A DNA stretch of 64,000 nt from Thalia democratica (lineage: Eukaryota): the NCBI GenBank assembly GCA_965202585.1, contig OZ241827.1, forward strand, positions 45,632,001 through 45,696,000, in the 5' to 3' direction. Below, one piece after another: positions 10,401 through 21,695 of the stretch. Each line of letters opens with the position of its first letter. Positions within the stretch are counted from its first letter, which is position 1. The notes beneath the pieces were generated by a model. The model saw only the letters and a list, made by a program, of their open reading frames with translations, made no database searches and was not told where the DNA came from. The translations under genes and the position numbers were made by a program.

Positions 10401-13400
10401 AACAACAGTTGAAGATTCCTTAACCGATGAATTGTCAGCTGAAGCAGCAGCTGAAATAAAAGCTGAAGCAAAGAAACGCTTAGAAGCTCCTACTGAAGAT
10501 GAGGTGTTTAAACAATTGTTTAAAATCTTAAAGAACAATTGAAAACCATTTTTGACTATTGACTAATGACTATTTTTTCAATAAACAATTTTCTAAGATA
10601 TTGTCACAAATTACATTTTTTTTAAATGTGTTGGAGTTATTAGTAAATAGTTGACACTGACTTTTAAATGTTTACATAAAATCTTTATAAGACTTGTTTA
10701 CAGGCTTCATTTTTTATTCTTTTAATAGTACACCATTAGTTAAGGCTTAATATAAGACACAAGCATATATAAAACTTATTGTGCTTTTTAATGAGTTTAT
10801 TTATTACCAAATTGTTCCTGCTTTTATTGCTATATCCTCTATAACAGTGGTATTAATTATTTTTCAAAGTTGTCAAAGTAAATTACTAAAAATTAAATAG
10901 TGTGCACACAAGACTAAACAATCCCTAAAAATTACGTTTTTTGCTTGGTGATTGAAATTTGAAAGCCAAAACAGCGAAACCATTTTTTTTTAATTAAAGT
11001 ATTTGTAATCTCAGTACAAAAATATGAGTCTGTTGCCCAAGTAGCAGATAAAAATTTTCCCTATCTATATTAAATACAATTTATCTGAAGTTTGCTTATT
11101 TAACTAAAACTAGAGATTAAAAACTCTCGGACTTCTTTATTATTTATCTTTTGTAAACCTCTTATTAAGATGTGCTTATAAACGTTTAATGACATATTTT
11201 ATCTATGTACCTTAAAAATATGCTCGTAACGTTTAAAATTTATTGTATTTTTTGATAATTTCCCTATAAATTTGCTTTATTTTATGGATTTCCCTATATA
11301 TATTTTTAAAGTTTTAGTGGGAACCCTGTTTAAACTTAATTAAATAAAAATCTAGTTGTAAATTTTTTAGTTTCATTTATAGTTGTATAAATAAGTTGAT
11401 ATAAGGCCAAGGGGGTATTGTCATTAAGTTAAGGGAAATAGAGCTTTTTCACAATTTAGTCTTATTTTATTGAGTTTTAAATAAGTTGATTTTTACAGAT
11501 TTTTAAAACTCAAAATAACTTTCAGAGATATTGCCAGTCAAAGTCGGAGATTACAATATGTTCCTTGTGGGAGGCGCAAACTAAAACGGCAAATAACTAG
11601 ATGTAAAGAATTTAAAATTAAACATTTTATGACAAAAAAAAACTTTTTTTGTTTGCTTTTTTAATAACAATATTATTTTTTATTTAAAAAAATTGTTCTG
11701 ACAGAATTTTCTATAAAGTGCAATAAGCATTTCTCAAAAGTTTGAGGTATTTATCTCAAGAAGATATATTTTTAGTGAAATAGTCTTTATTCCGTTTTAG
11801 TTTGTGCCTCCCATAAGGAACCTATTGTTGCCTCCGACTTTGACCTACTATACCTCAAAAATTATTTTGAACTTTTAAAGTTTTTAAAAAGCATCTTGTA
11901 GCTTAGTTAAAACTCTATAAAGTACAATCAAATTGTACAAAAAGTGATTTACTCCTATATTCCCTTAAAAAGGCTATATGGGGTATATATATAAAGTATG
12001 TTGTATTTTGTTTTTAAAGCTTCAAATAGTAATTAAACGTAAAAAACTACGTAAAAACGTTTACATCCACATAAGGCTTTTGTTATTAATAAATATTCTG
12101 AAACTTTTAAAAATAAATGTAAAAGCCCTGTAGCTATATTATTAGAAGAAAAAGTCCAAGGTAACATTTTAATAATTCACCTGTAAATTAAGTTTTAATC
12201 AAAACTTTTGTGTTATTAAGGCTATTTTTTCTCAAAGATCAGTAATACAATAGTTACTATTTTAATTTCTTTAAATTTTTGTCTATCACTACTTCGCTTA
12301 GTTAATACTTTGTAATTTTTACTTACAGTTATTAGTTTTTTTGAAGAAAATACAATACTCTTTATAATTTTAAAACTAAGTTTCATTAGGATAATATTTT
12401 ATCTCTGTTCTTTATTTTACATATAAAGCTTAAAATATTGGAAAACATGCAGTCAATATAAATTTTTTTTTAGGAATTAGATTTAACTGTTCCAATACTG
12501 CAAAGAAACAAAGTTCCTGAAGGCTTTGAAAATGGACGACTCCTTGATGTTTCAATAAGGCCTGATAATGTAAGTTTAAGTTGGTTTTATTGTTTAAACT
12601 TTAAACCATAGTATGTACTTGAAATAAAAAAAATCAAACAGTTTTTATAGCTATAATTCTAAACATCTATTGCAACTTATTACTATACTTCTAGAGAGCA
12701 TAAACTAAGGGCTAAATTTTGTAGCTTGACCCAAGTTAATAGTTATAATCATACTGATCATTATAAAAAATATATTTAAAGCTTAAATCTTAAATAATTT
12801 AATTTTCAAAGTTTCATAAAATGGTAGACTAATGGGTCAAGTATAACTCTTTAATTGATTTACATTGCTAAACTTACGACAAAAAACCTTATTAGCAAAT
12901 TATGTTGAAACTTTGACTGTTTTATAGTTTTAGTTTGTCCAAATAAAACAGTAATTTATAATTTTATGAATGTGTACTTTTTGCTTCTCATTCTAAATCA
13001 AGCAGTTGAAAAACTTGACAGTTTCAGCTAAAAATAAATTTGGTTTAAAACTAAATAAGTCTAGTGAAAGAAGCAACTTTTGTGTATAATTATCTTCTGA
13101 AATTATTTGTTTAGTTTAAATTAGTACTACAAAGTTTTGTCTAAGAGCAAAAGTTGTCATTTGTTTTATAACACTTTATTTTTAAATTAAGCTTTTCATC
13201 TTCGCTAAAAAGAGTTTAGAATAGAGTAGAATAAAAAATTATTTGTAAATTTGAAATAACTGCCTTTAAACTTTTTATTATATTGAAGAGCACTGGTTAT
13301 TTAATTTATAATCATATAATTAGTAAATTTAAAGTATAATGTATTGTAAACCTGGTTTAAGGTAAAAAAAAAACTTTTAAATATTTAGTTATGGCTGACA

Positions 13401-15338
13401 AAAACTTTATTTTCTTGAAAAATTTGTAAACATGTAAAACAAATCTATCTAGCACAATAAGCAAATTCAGAAATACATAGAGGGGTTGTTTGCTAACACT
13501 TTTTAGTTAAAATCTATAAATAAAACTGTTATAATTTTCACTTTATCCTGAAGCTTAACCTATTTAAAGTTGGTAATACAATATTTAAACATTTTTTATT
13601 TTGCATTAAATACACAATAACAATCATATGTCGTAACTGTAGCCCGACGAAAACGATTACAACCAAGTCAAAATAGAAAACTTCGGTACTGCGCTGCTGC
13701 TTGGCATGGGCATGACCAAAGACAAGAAGATCGGGAAATCGTTCCAAGAGCGAGTCGTACCTGTGGACGTTCGCAAGAGGCCCGCGGGACTCGGACTCGG
13801 CGCCAACGCTGCGATGAACCCCGATTCGAAAGGCAAGTTGCGGAAAGAAGACAAGTTGAACGTGGGAGACTTCGTTCAAGTGGTGTACGGGATAAACAAG
13901 GCGAGTTTCGGGGAGGTGACGGGGTACGATGCCGACCTGGGAAGACACGACGTCCTCCTACTGCCCCACCCTCGCAAGTCCGCTACCGTGAACGAATTTT
14001 CGTTGAAAAAAGTCTCCAAAGCCGACTACTCGAACGAAGAAAGAAGGATAGAGGAAGAGGGCAAGCCTAAAGTGGGCGAGAAAGCTGCCAAGAAGCGCAA
14101 AGACAACGGCCACGCTCACCCTGTTTCGTCGAAGAAAATTAAGAAGGAGCGGAAGTGGGTTGAAGCTGAACTGAGAGTGAGGATAGTCGACAAGAAGCAC
14201 GACTATTACAAGGAGAAAGCTGCTGTTGTCGATGTTCAGTACGATGGCAGTTGCACTTGCAAAACTAAAAACGGCCGCTTGATCGATCTTCACGAGTCCC
14301 AGCTGGAAACTGTCATTCCAAAGTTAGTTTGAAATAATTGTTTTTGACTTTTCAATAAATACTTCGTGATTTTATTAAGCATAACCAATTAGTTATATTG
14401 TTTATTAGTACTATTTTAATTGATCTTGATAACTTATTATAAATCGAAATTGATACGTGTTTTATAAACAAGTATGAAATAATGCCAGGTTTCATACATT
14501 AAATAATTACTTGAAAATAATTTTTTTTTGTTTTTATAAAAATAGATTTTAAGCAGTTTATGAACTTTATATGAGTTTTTATCTATAAAATAATTTAAAT
14601 ACTAAAATCGTTAAGCAGAAGCTCTATAAAAATTACTTAAATAAACAAGTCACGAGCTTTTTTGTACTAAATTTTCATTATTAAAAGTTTTTATTGTTTT
14701 CTTAGTTAAATTAATATTATAATAGAAATTAGATTAACCTTTTTTAACCAATAATAGTTTAATCAATTTAAAAAAATTTAAACTTTGCAAGTTTTATAGC
14801 ACTAATTGAATGTTTAAGTTGATCTATTTTTTACTGACAATAGTTTTTTTGATGTACATAGAGTTAGTTTCACGTTTCTAAATTCTTTATATATTTTAGT
14901 AATTTTTTATATTAAAAAAAATGTATCAAAGTTTTTCCTATAAAAAAATTATATTTTATAAAGTAAGCTATCACTGAAAATTTTATTGAAATTATTGAAC
15001 TACTTATTGAAAAAAATTATTGAACTACTATGAAAATTAAAATTAAGATGTACTGCTCAAAATGTGTACTAAATGAAGATTTTTCTTATTTTGTATATAA
15101 CTTGAAATTTTATGCTGATAAAACTTAATTTTTTAGATCATCTGACAAAGATGTGTATGTCAAAATAACCGGAGGCAGCCGATCTTCTAGAGGACGTTTA
15201 GGAAAAATTTTAAGCAAAGACAAAAGAAAAGAGAAGGTAAATGTTCAGTTATTGGAAGACAGAGATCAAGTGTTAACAATTAGTTTTGATGATGTTTGTG
15301 AATATCTTGGTAGTGTTGAAGACCATCATGACTATTAA
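4470..15338 (+). CDS. GPKOW: G-patch domain and KOW motifs-containing protein (Spp2/MOS2 family splicing factor), 5 exons, 444 aa from ATG 4470
   Basis: Exons 4470(or 4494)-4717, 10395-10503, 12474-12569, 13643-14322 and 15137-15338 join in one frame (1335 nt, all GT-AG). Family motifs seen: IKFGLKK N-terminus, IPMINRN, G-patch FGTALLLGMGM...RPAGLGLGA, KOW regions WVEAELRVRIVDK and KITGGSRSSRGRLGKILSKDK, C-terminus FDDVCEYLG. Confidence 0.92.
5187..5577. mobile_element. CAGGGTTGCCA-type MITE (hAT-like termini) with internal ACCTGG repeats
   Basis: Ends CAAGGTTGTCAC and TGGCAACCCTG, many AAACCTGG subterminal repeats, near-identical flanks TCTTAA and TCTTGA. Confidence 0.7.
5599..5931. mobile_element. 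CAGGGTT-terminal MITE with ACTCAGG repeats; related partial copies at ~6030-6190 and ~10195-10320
   Basis: Starts CAGGGTTTCCAC and ends ATCCCTG. Repeated ACTCAGG/ACTCAAG motifs are shared among the three loci. Confidence 0.6.
5949..6003. mobile_element. Terminal fragment of the same TTAA/GG family
   Basis: TTAA|GGGTATAGGTATGGTCCACC...TTGATCTTATTTTGTAGAATT is the reverse complement of 10075-10116. Confidence 0.7.
6477..6645. mobile_element. Foldback MITE with 73-bp arms
   Basis: Arms 6477-6549 and 6573-6645 are reverse complements with 4 mismatches. A second, half copy sits at 112-177. Confidence 0.85.
8040..8700 (+). mobile_element. Highly degraded CR1-like reverse transcriptase fragment in GPKOW intron 1
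   Basis: Frameshifted remnants appear in the expected RT order: FRPL/SVTSA near 8040, a KTFANKV segment resembling KAFDKV near 8125, and FADDSKMI at 8271. Confidence 0.45.
9435..10127. mobile_element. TTAA-site, GG-terminal non-autonomous DNA transposon (Kolobok-like)
   Basis: Starts TTAA|GGCCATAGGGG...GGTCCAAC and ends GTGGACCCCCCCC. Has an internal inverted segment (ATCTATCTCCTCCTTCAT / ATGAAGGAGGAGATAGAT) and shares sequence with 11433-11964 and 5949-6003. Confidence 0.7.
11433..11964. mobile_element. TTAA-flanked non-autonomous DNA transposon (Kolobok-like), same family as 9435-10127
   Basis: TTAA on both sides, GGGAA...TTCCC termini, and a shared internal segment TTTTTAGTGAAATAGTC...CCATAAGGAACCTATTG. 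Confidence 0.7.
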
Positions 15339-18300
15339 GTTTCTTTTTTTTTTACTTGTGTGTTTTGTTTTATCCGTACCAACTTTATTAAAATTGTACA
15401 TAGTTTTTTGAGTTTAGTAAAATTGTAATTTTCATGTCAGTTGATGTAAATATACATTTTGTTTATAATAATAATATTTGATATATCTCAAATTATTCTA
15501 GTTTTGAAATGTTTTTTTTTAGCTAAGTTTCTTTTTCAAAAATCTTATTAAACTAATTTTATACTAAACTACATGTTGAATTTTTTTCATGTTCTTTACA
15601 ACTGTTTCCTCAGAATTATAGTAATTTAAGTAGATAAAAAGTTTTCAAAGAATTTTTAAGCACATGTCTATGTGTTCATTAGTTTTCATAAAAAATTTAT
15701 TTAAAGTGTTGAATGGATTTAAAGTTATTTTCACACTATTATAATAAAAAAGTAGAATGATGTCTAAAATAGATATTTCCTTTTAAACACACTAGTAGAT
15801 AAATTCTCAATTATGAGGTGTTATAGTCCAAAAAAGCACAGGAATTAGTAATAGAAAATATGGGACTTTATTTTTTATTTTCAAGGAATGACTTCAAACT
15901 TATATTCTTATCATTAAATTTTTGTTTTTACTAAAAAAATTACAGCTAGTTATTCACAAATTTCAACGATAGCTTAGATATAAATGCAAAGTGAACTATT
16001 TAAAAATTATTGGCTATAAGTTAAATAAAAAAATAACGTTTAACAAATTTTTAGTTTTATAGTTTTAACTCAAATTTAAAAAAAAAACGTCGGCCTTCGG
16101 CATTAACGCAGGCATATCTCGTGTTATTTTTGTATTGGTAAAAAGTAGCAATTATTTTGCGTAAAATATACCCTTGCTACATTATTTAGTAATCTTGCCC
16201 TCCATACCATGTTTGTCTATAGTATTAATATTTAAAAATTACTAGCTAATAGTAAGTACAGTTCCTAACGAAACCAGCTCGTTGGAATATACAATAATAA
16301 CAACAATTTTTCTTTATTTAACCAATGTACGTTTCTCCTAGTTAATTGAACTTTTGACAGCTCTGTGAAACTGTGTTAACTGTTTTACACAGAGAAAATT
16401 ACATCAGTTGAATAAAGAAAAGTACTGTGCAATATTTGTTATTTTTATCTATAGTACTGTTAAAGTATTGTTTTCAAATTATATAAGTAAGAACACGTTA
16501 CTTAAGAGATAGTTATGTGCATTAAAAATTGTTAATAGTAGTTTCGTGTTAAATTATTTTTATTATGTTTAAAAGTTTTTATTACCTAAAAAACTATTAA
16601 GAAGTTTGAAATAAAAGAATTTTACATGTTAATCTATATATTGTTAACAATATTTGGTAAAAAATAAAAGTATTCTACCGCCAGTATTCAACTAACATGC
16701 GTAAACTTTCAAAATAATTGTTGTTAAAAATGTATATAAAGTTTACCAGCAAATTATAACGTAACAAGGCGTTAAATTCCAGAGATCAAAAAAATCAGAG
16801 TAATTAAAAATCAAAACAACTGTATGCATTTATTATATTGTCTAACGCGTTTCTCTGCTTTGGAAATATAAACTGCTCTACGGAGTCTATAAAAGATTAA
16901 CGTACATTTAAATAAGCATGTGAAAATATGTGTTGAAAATGTACTCTATTAACATATTTTTAGTAAAAAAGCAGGCTGTAATATTTGTCTATACTGTTTT
17001 ATCCTATTTATTTTATTAAGGAAAAATAAAAAGATCAAACTAGACTATGGTGCTATTAATAGTGATGCTCATACGAACACAATTAAAATAAGTTAATGTT
17101 CGTTTTTCCACATTTTTTATCTTACGACTTTTTTTTACTCCCAGATGAATGTTTATAATATACATACTTGATAAATAAGCATATAACTTTCATGCTTTTT
17201 TAATATATAAACTTTTACCGACTCCGTTGAGCTCTTAATATTTTATGAGCTTTGATCTATAAACGCTGTTTTTATTCTTTCCAAATGTATATTATTTTTG
17301 GTATATGGCCTCTTCAACACTTTTTAAGATTTTGAATTCTCGGAACTTGAACTGTCATGAAAACATTTAGTTATTCTAATTATGTCTTAGAGTTGTCTGG
17401 AGCTATTGTTCCAAGTTGTCAAAAATAAGAAGATAAATTAAAGTTTTTGATTAGTTGACTTTTTATGTTGAAATTATTTGGTAAGCTCGTTTATTAACAT
17501 ATACTAAAATAGATCTTCAAATCTGTGTCAGCTGCATTTTAAACAGATAAAAATTTTCAATACAAAAAAGTTGTAAAAAAGCATAGTTCTGGAGCTGCAT
17601 CAAATTTCAGCACCATATAAATTATAAAAGAAGTTTCCGAATTTATACATTGAAAAATGTACTGGATGTAACGTTTACCCTCTGTGTTGAACTTTGTAAG
17701 ATCAACCCAGTGGTCAACACATATACAAAGAAACTTTCGAAGCCAAAAGTTTTAAAGGGCATTACTTTAAAAAAATGCAAAATCTTATATGCGATTTATT
17801 GACAATTCTTTTAGTAATTATTCATTAAAAATTTAAACATCTTTTTTACATATGATTGTTTATTTATTTCAGGATACCTTAAAGTATCTAAAGAAAATGA
17901 AAGCTACCTATCTTATCTACATATTACACTAGAATTTTTTTTTAAGAATTAATTAACTTTGTTTTTTGATGTTATTACTATGTAAATAAATAAAAATGTG
18001 CAAATTATTTTTTTTATTTACTACCAGGTTTCAGTGGCAAAAAAAACGACCTTTTCAAGTGTAATAGAATATTTAATTTGCACATATTTTATTTGAATAA
18101 GCTCTTTACATTTCAGTAAATTGGGCAATACTTTTTAGCTAAGACAAATAATTATATACTATTTAAATAAGAAAATATGTAGCTAACAAGTTACATGCAA
18201 GATTTAGATTTACTGATAGCATAAACTGTGTAAAAACTTTTTATAACTGAAAAACACTCATTATAGATAAATTTAGCATTCACTTAGTAAGTCAAATTTT

Positions 18301-19799
18301 ACGCAAAAAAATTTGATACGTGTAAAAATTAAAACTAAGGTGAGATCATCTTTTATAAATTAAGGTCATGGTAGATGAGTTTTTAGAATTTATTTTGTAA
18401 ATCTTTAACCATGCTACAAGTTCGTTTTTATGATTTAAAAATCTAAACTAACTTTTTATATAAGGCCAGTGAAAGTAAGAGACTACCATAGGTCTCTTAT
18501 TGGAATAAAAAACACAACAAAAAACTAAAAAAAATCACTAAAACTTATCTCTTTTTTAATTTATTTAATCTATTAACCTAAAAGCTTCAGGAAGCGTTCC
18601 TAAAATTATTGAAAAAGTTGTAACAAAAATTTTTTTTGAAACTAAAGTTTTATACTCAAAAACTAAAAATTTGTTTCTAAAAAATCTTTAAAACTTCATA
18701 TGCTTTGCTGAAAAAATTTTGTAAACATTTGCTTAAAAATGAGGGAAATTATAGGACTTTGGTAAAAGAGTTTTGTTGTTCAACACCTTCTATAAGGAAC
18801 CCGTTGTACTCTTCAACTTTGACACAGCTTAAATTTTGTTTAAGTTTTAATTGTTAAAAGCAATTTGTAGCCTTGTTGAAACTCTAACAATATACATGTC
18901 ATAAAGTAAAACGCCATCTGCAGCAATCCTTAACAAAAAGACCACGCGACGCCACTGTATAATACTTGAAATGTTTTTTTCAACAGTTAATTTATTAAAT
19001 TAGTTAATATTAAAAATAATAATTTAAGGTATATAATTATTTAGTTAGGAATTGAAAAGTTTAGAAGTATCTTTTTTTTAACACCTAGGCAAAAAACTGG
19101 TGCAAAAGTACAAAAGTCTTCAACTTACAGATTATAATATTATAAGATTAAATATTAAAAACGGTTTTTTGAAATCATTTTATCAATTTTTTTTACTTAA
19201 AGTATACTTTAAAACTAATAATGTAAGACATTCATGATAATTTTTATAATATACATAAACTAAAAGATGATTAAGTAGTTGTTTTTGGATACGCCATATA
19301 TTGACATAGTTTATCAATCTCACCATTATATGGTTAATAGCCCATGTCACCGAGTAGAGGTAAGCAATCATGACATGGTTTACCATTTTTAGTGGGGGCT
19401 CACATAGGCTCATGTTATTAGTATGCGCCTATGTAATAAAAACCACTTATCAGTGTGACCTCTTAATTTAAAAAAAATATTTCAGTTAATTTTTAAGCAC
19501 AGTTATTTTGTTTTTATTTTTAGTAGAGGTTAAATTTTTGATAGAGTTTTTTTAACAAAAAAAATACTTACAACAACTGTATACCGATAAAAATACTAAA
19601 AATGCTAAAAAACAAAAAAAAATGTTAGAAATTATGAAACAAATTTAAAGAAAAGTAACAAAAAAAATCAAATTAGGTATGTTTTTATTAAACTGTATTT
19701 AAATTTTTATGACTAAATAAATATAAACTATATTAATAATTTTAACAACTAAAAAAAAGTTAAAAACCTGTTTTAATTAATTTTTCTGAACCAGATCCT

Positions 19800-21060
19800 A
19801 GACTCAAATTTTTGCTTGCGAAAATTAGTCAGAGGAATGAATCCGATTAATTCTGTCGAGGATTTCTATTCTTTGACCAAACTCGCTTTAGTGTTATCCA
19901 TAAACCTTTTCAAACTATTTTTGTATTTTGCATTGATCGGTTTTGTAAGAGCTTGTTTGACATTTTCTTGTGAATTGAACTTAGTTTCAACGTAACGTTT
20001 TTTACAAGTTCTTTATTTTTATCGTTCATATTTTCGTTTTCTTGGGTTAAAACAGCTTGGCCTCGTTTTTTTCCGGCAAGTAAAATCGGGCTGGCTTGAG
20101 TTTTGGTCGCTCGAATATTTCGTCATATGCTTGTTCAGCTTATTAAGTTATATGACGAAACGACGTTGTTTGTAAGCTCTTTGCCGCTCTTCTTGCTCGG
20201 AACTTTGTTTGTTAGATGGTAACTGAAAGTGTTTAAAAGCCAGCTGCCTTTTCACTGTAGTAGAAACTTTTAATTTGTTGCAAACTTTGATTATGTTGGT
20301 CTTAAACTTCCTAAACCCAGCTGGCAACAAAATCCCGAGTTTGCTCTTAATAATAGCTCTTTTTGTTACTATTAAAACCGCAAATTTTACACTTTGCTGC
20401 AATCGGAATTTTTGAAAAAAACACTTTTTTTTTTGCACAGCACTCTTATTCCCAAAACTTTAATCTTTACTTCCTCGGGTTTGAAGTACTTTGAGATCCG
20501 CTTATCTGCGTGGTGCTCGCGCACGGCTTAAAGAGTTCCGCGTCTGAAAGAAACTTACTCTGCTCTGTCTTCATCTCCGGGTCGCATACGTAATCCGGTC
20601 TGCACAGCTGCAACACCTCCGTCTGCTCTCTTTCCTTCATCATTCGCATCTTCTCCATGCTCGCCTTCAACCACGGCTTTAAAATTTCGTCCATGGTAAA
20701 CATAATCTCATCAGAATTTATTTTTTCGTTTTCGATGTTTTCCTTGGCTTCATCGTTTTGAGGAGCTTAAGGGATCGTTACCTTCCACTTGCATCTAGCT
20801 TCTCTTCATTCGCGCAGTTGGTAATTGGGGCTTAAAGTGATTCCGAGAGAACCTAAGAATCAGCTTTTCTTGGTTCTTTAGAGGAAGCACTTCCATTTTA
20901 GGATTTTTTTAGTTGCCAAATCGACCCATTCGTTTCATGATTTGATCCATATAAATTTGAAGGCTTTGGACCACTTGACATGTTCATTTCAATGCATTGT
21001 AATGAACATGTTTTTCTTTTTAAAATATGTTTTGGTTAAACTAAATTTGCTCAAACGTCA
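19800..21060 (-). pseudogene. Unidentified degenerate coding relic (multiple stops and frameshifts)
   Basis: Island of higher GC with consecutive minus-strand protein-like fragments (MEVLPLKNQEKLILRFSRNHF; ...FTMDEILKPWLKASMEKMRMMKERE...; ...QKKKCFFQKFRLQQSVK...). No introns and no family recognised. Confidence 0.35.
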
Positions 21061-21187
21061 TACAGAAACTTAATATACTTTTTAAATGCTTAGTTACAAG
21101 TTTAAGCAATAACAAGTTTTTGCATGATTTTTTGCATGGTTGATACATCAGAGGTATGGATCTCTTATCAAAGGATAGTTGACCATA

Positions 21188-21460
21188 AAGTTCGTGTGAC
21201 GAAGTCACACGAAGTATGGAGATGAAAATTCGTACACTTACTAATGACGACCAAAATCTATACATTAAAATTTTTTAAGGCGATCCGTTAAGTAATTATG
21301 ACGTCACGACGAAGTTGACTTTTTAAGCAGTATGAAGTTCGTGTGACGAAGTTACTGCATGTATGGAAATGAAAATTTGTACACTTACTAATGACGACCA
21401 AAATCTATAAATTAAAATTTTTTAAGGCGATCCGTTGAGTAATTATGACGTCACAACGAA
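21188..21460. repeat. Two-unit tandem repeat with a 147-bp period
   Basis: Units start at 21188 and 21335 (AAGTTCGTGTGACGAAGT...CACTTACTAATGACGACCAAAATCTAT...AATTATGACGTCAC) and are highly similar. Confidence 0.9.
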
Positions 21461-21659
21461 ATATTATTATTAGTTTAAAATAATTGTAGTAATCAAAATA
21501 AAACTACTCTTTTTAATCAAAAATGAGGTAAAACAAGCAGTAATAAAACACTAGTAATCAATAATTATAAAACTAACTTTTAATTATTAAATAAATAAAT
21601 AATAAATTAAGTATGTTTCTAGCTGTAAAGCACTTGGTTGCTTCCAGGTTTATGCTTGA

Positions 21660-21695
21660 GTTTGGTCCGCGGGCAGTAGTTTGCCGACCCCCTGG
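21660..21695. mobile_element. hAT-Charlie-like MITE terminus; related pieces at ~23205-23250 and ~47982-48245
   Basis: GGTCCGCGGGCAGTAGTTTGCCGACCCCTG resembles the widespread Charlie-type end motif GGCCCGCGGGCCGTAGTTTGCCGACCCCTG. The reverse-orientation start TAGGGGTCGCAAACTGCGG is at 47982. Confidence 0.6.

Noticed and set aside
13538-14293. Three minus-strand ORFs (136, 65 and 111 aa) over GPKOW exon 4
   Set aside because: Shadow ORFs of a GC-rich coding exon; no family similarity.
17220-17720. Possible Penelope GIY-YIG remnant on the minus strand (VEEAIY)
   Set aside because: Too decayed to support without a profile search.
18910-18960. CGCCATCTGCAG, a CTCF/YY1-like site between genes
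   Set aside because: Single imperfect match, next to an ACGCCACTG|TA sequence that looks like a transposon end.
21188-21460. Repeat period of 147 bp equal to nucleosome core length; also considered as a CRISPR-like array
   Set aside because: Only two units with no unique spacers; the length match is probably coincidence.
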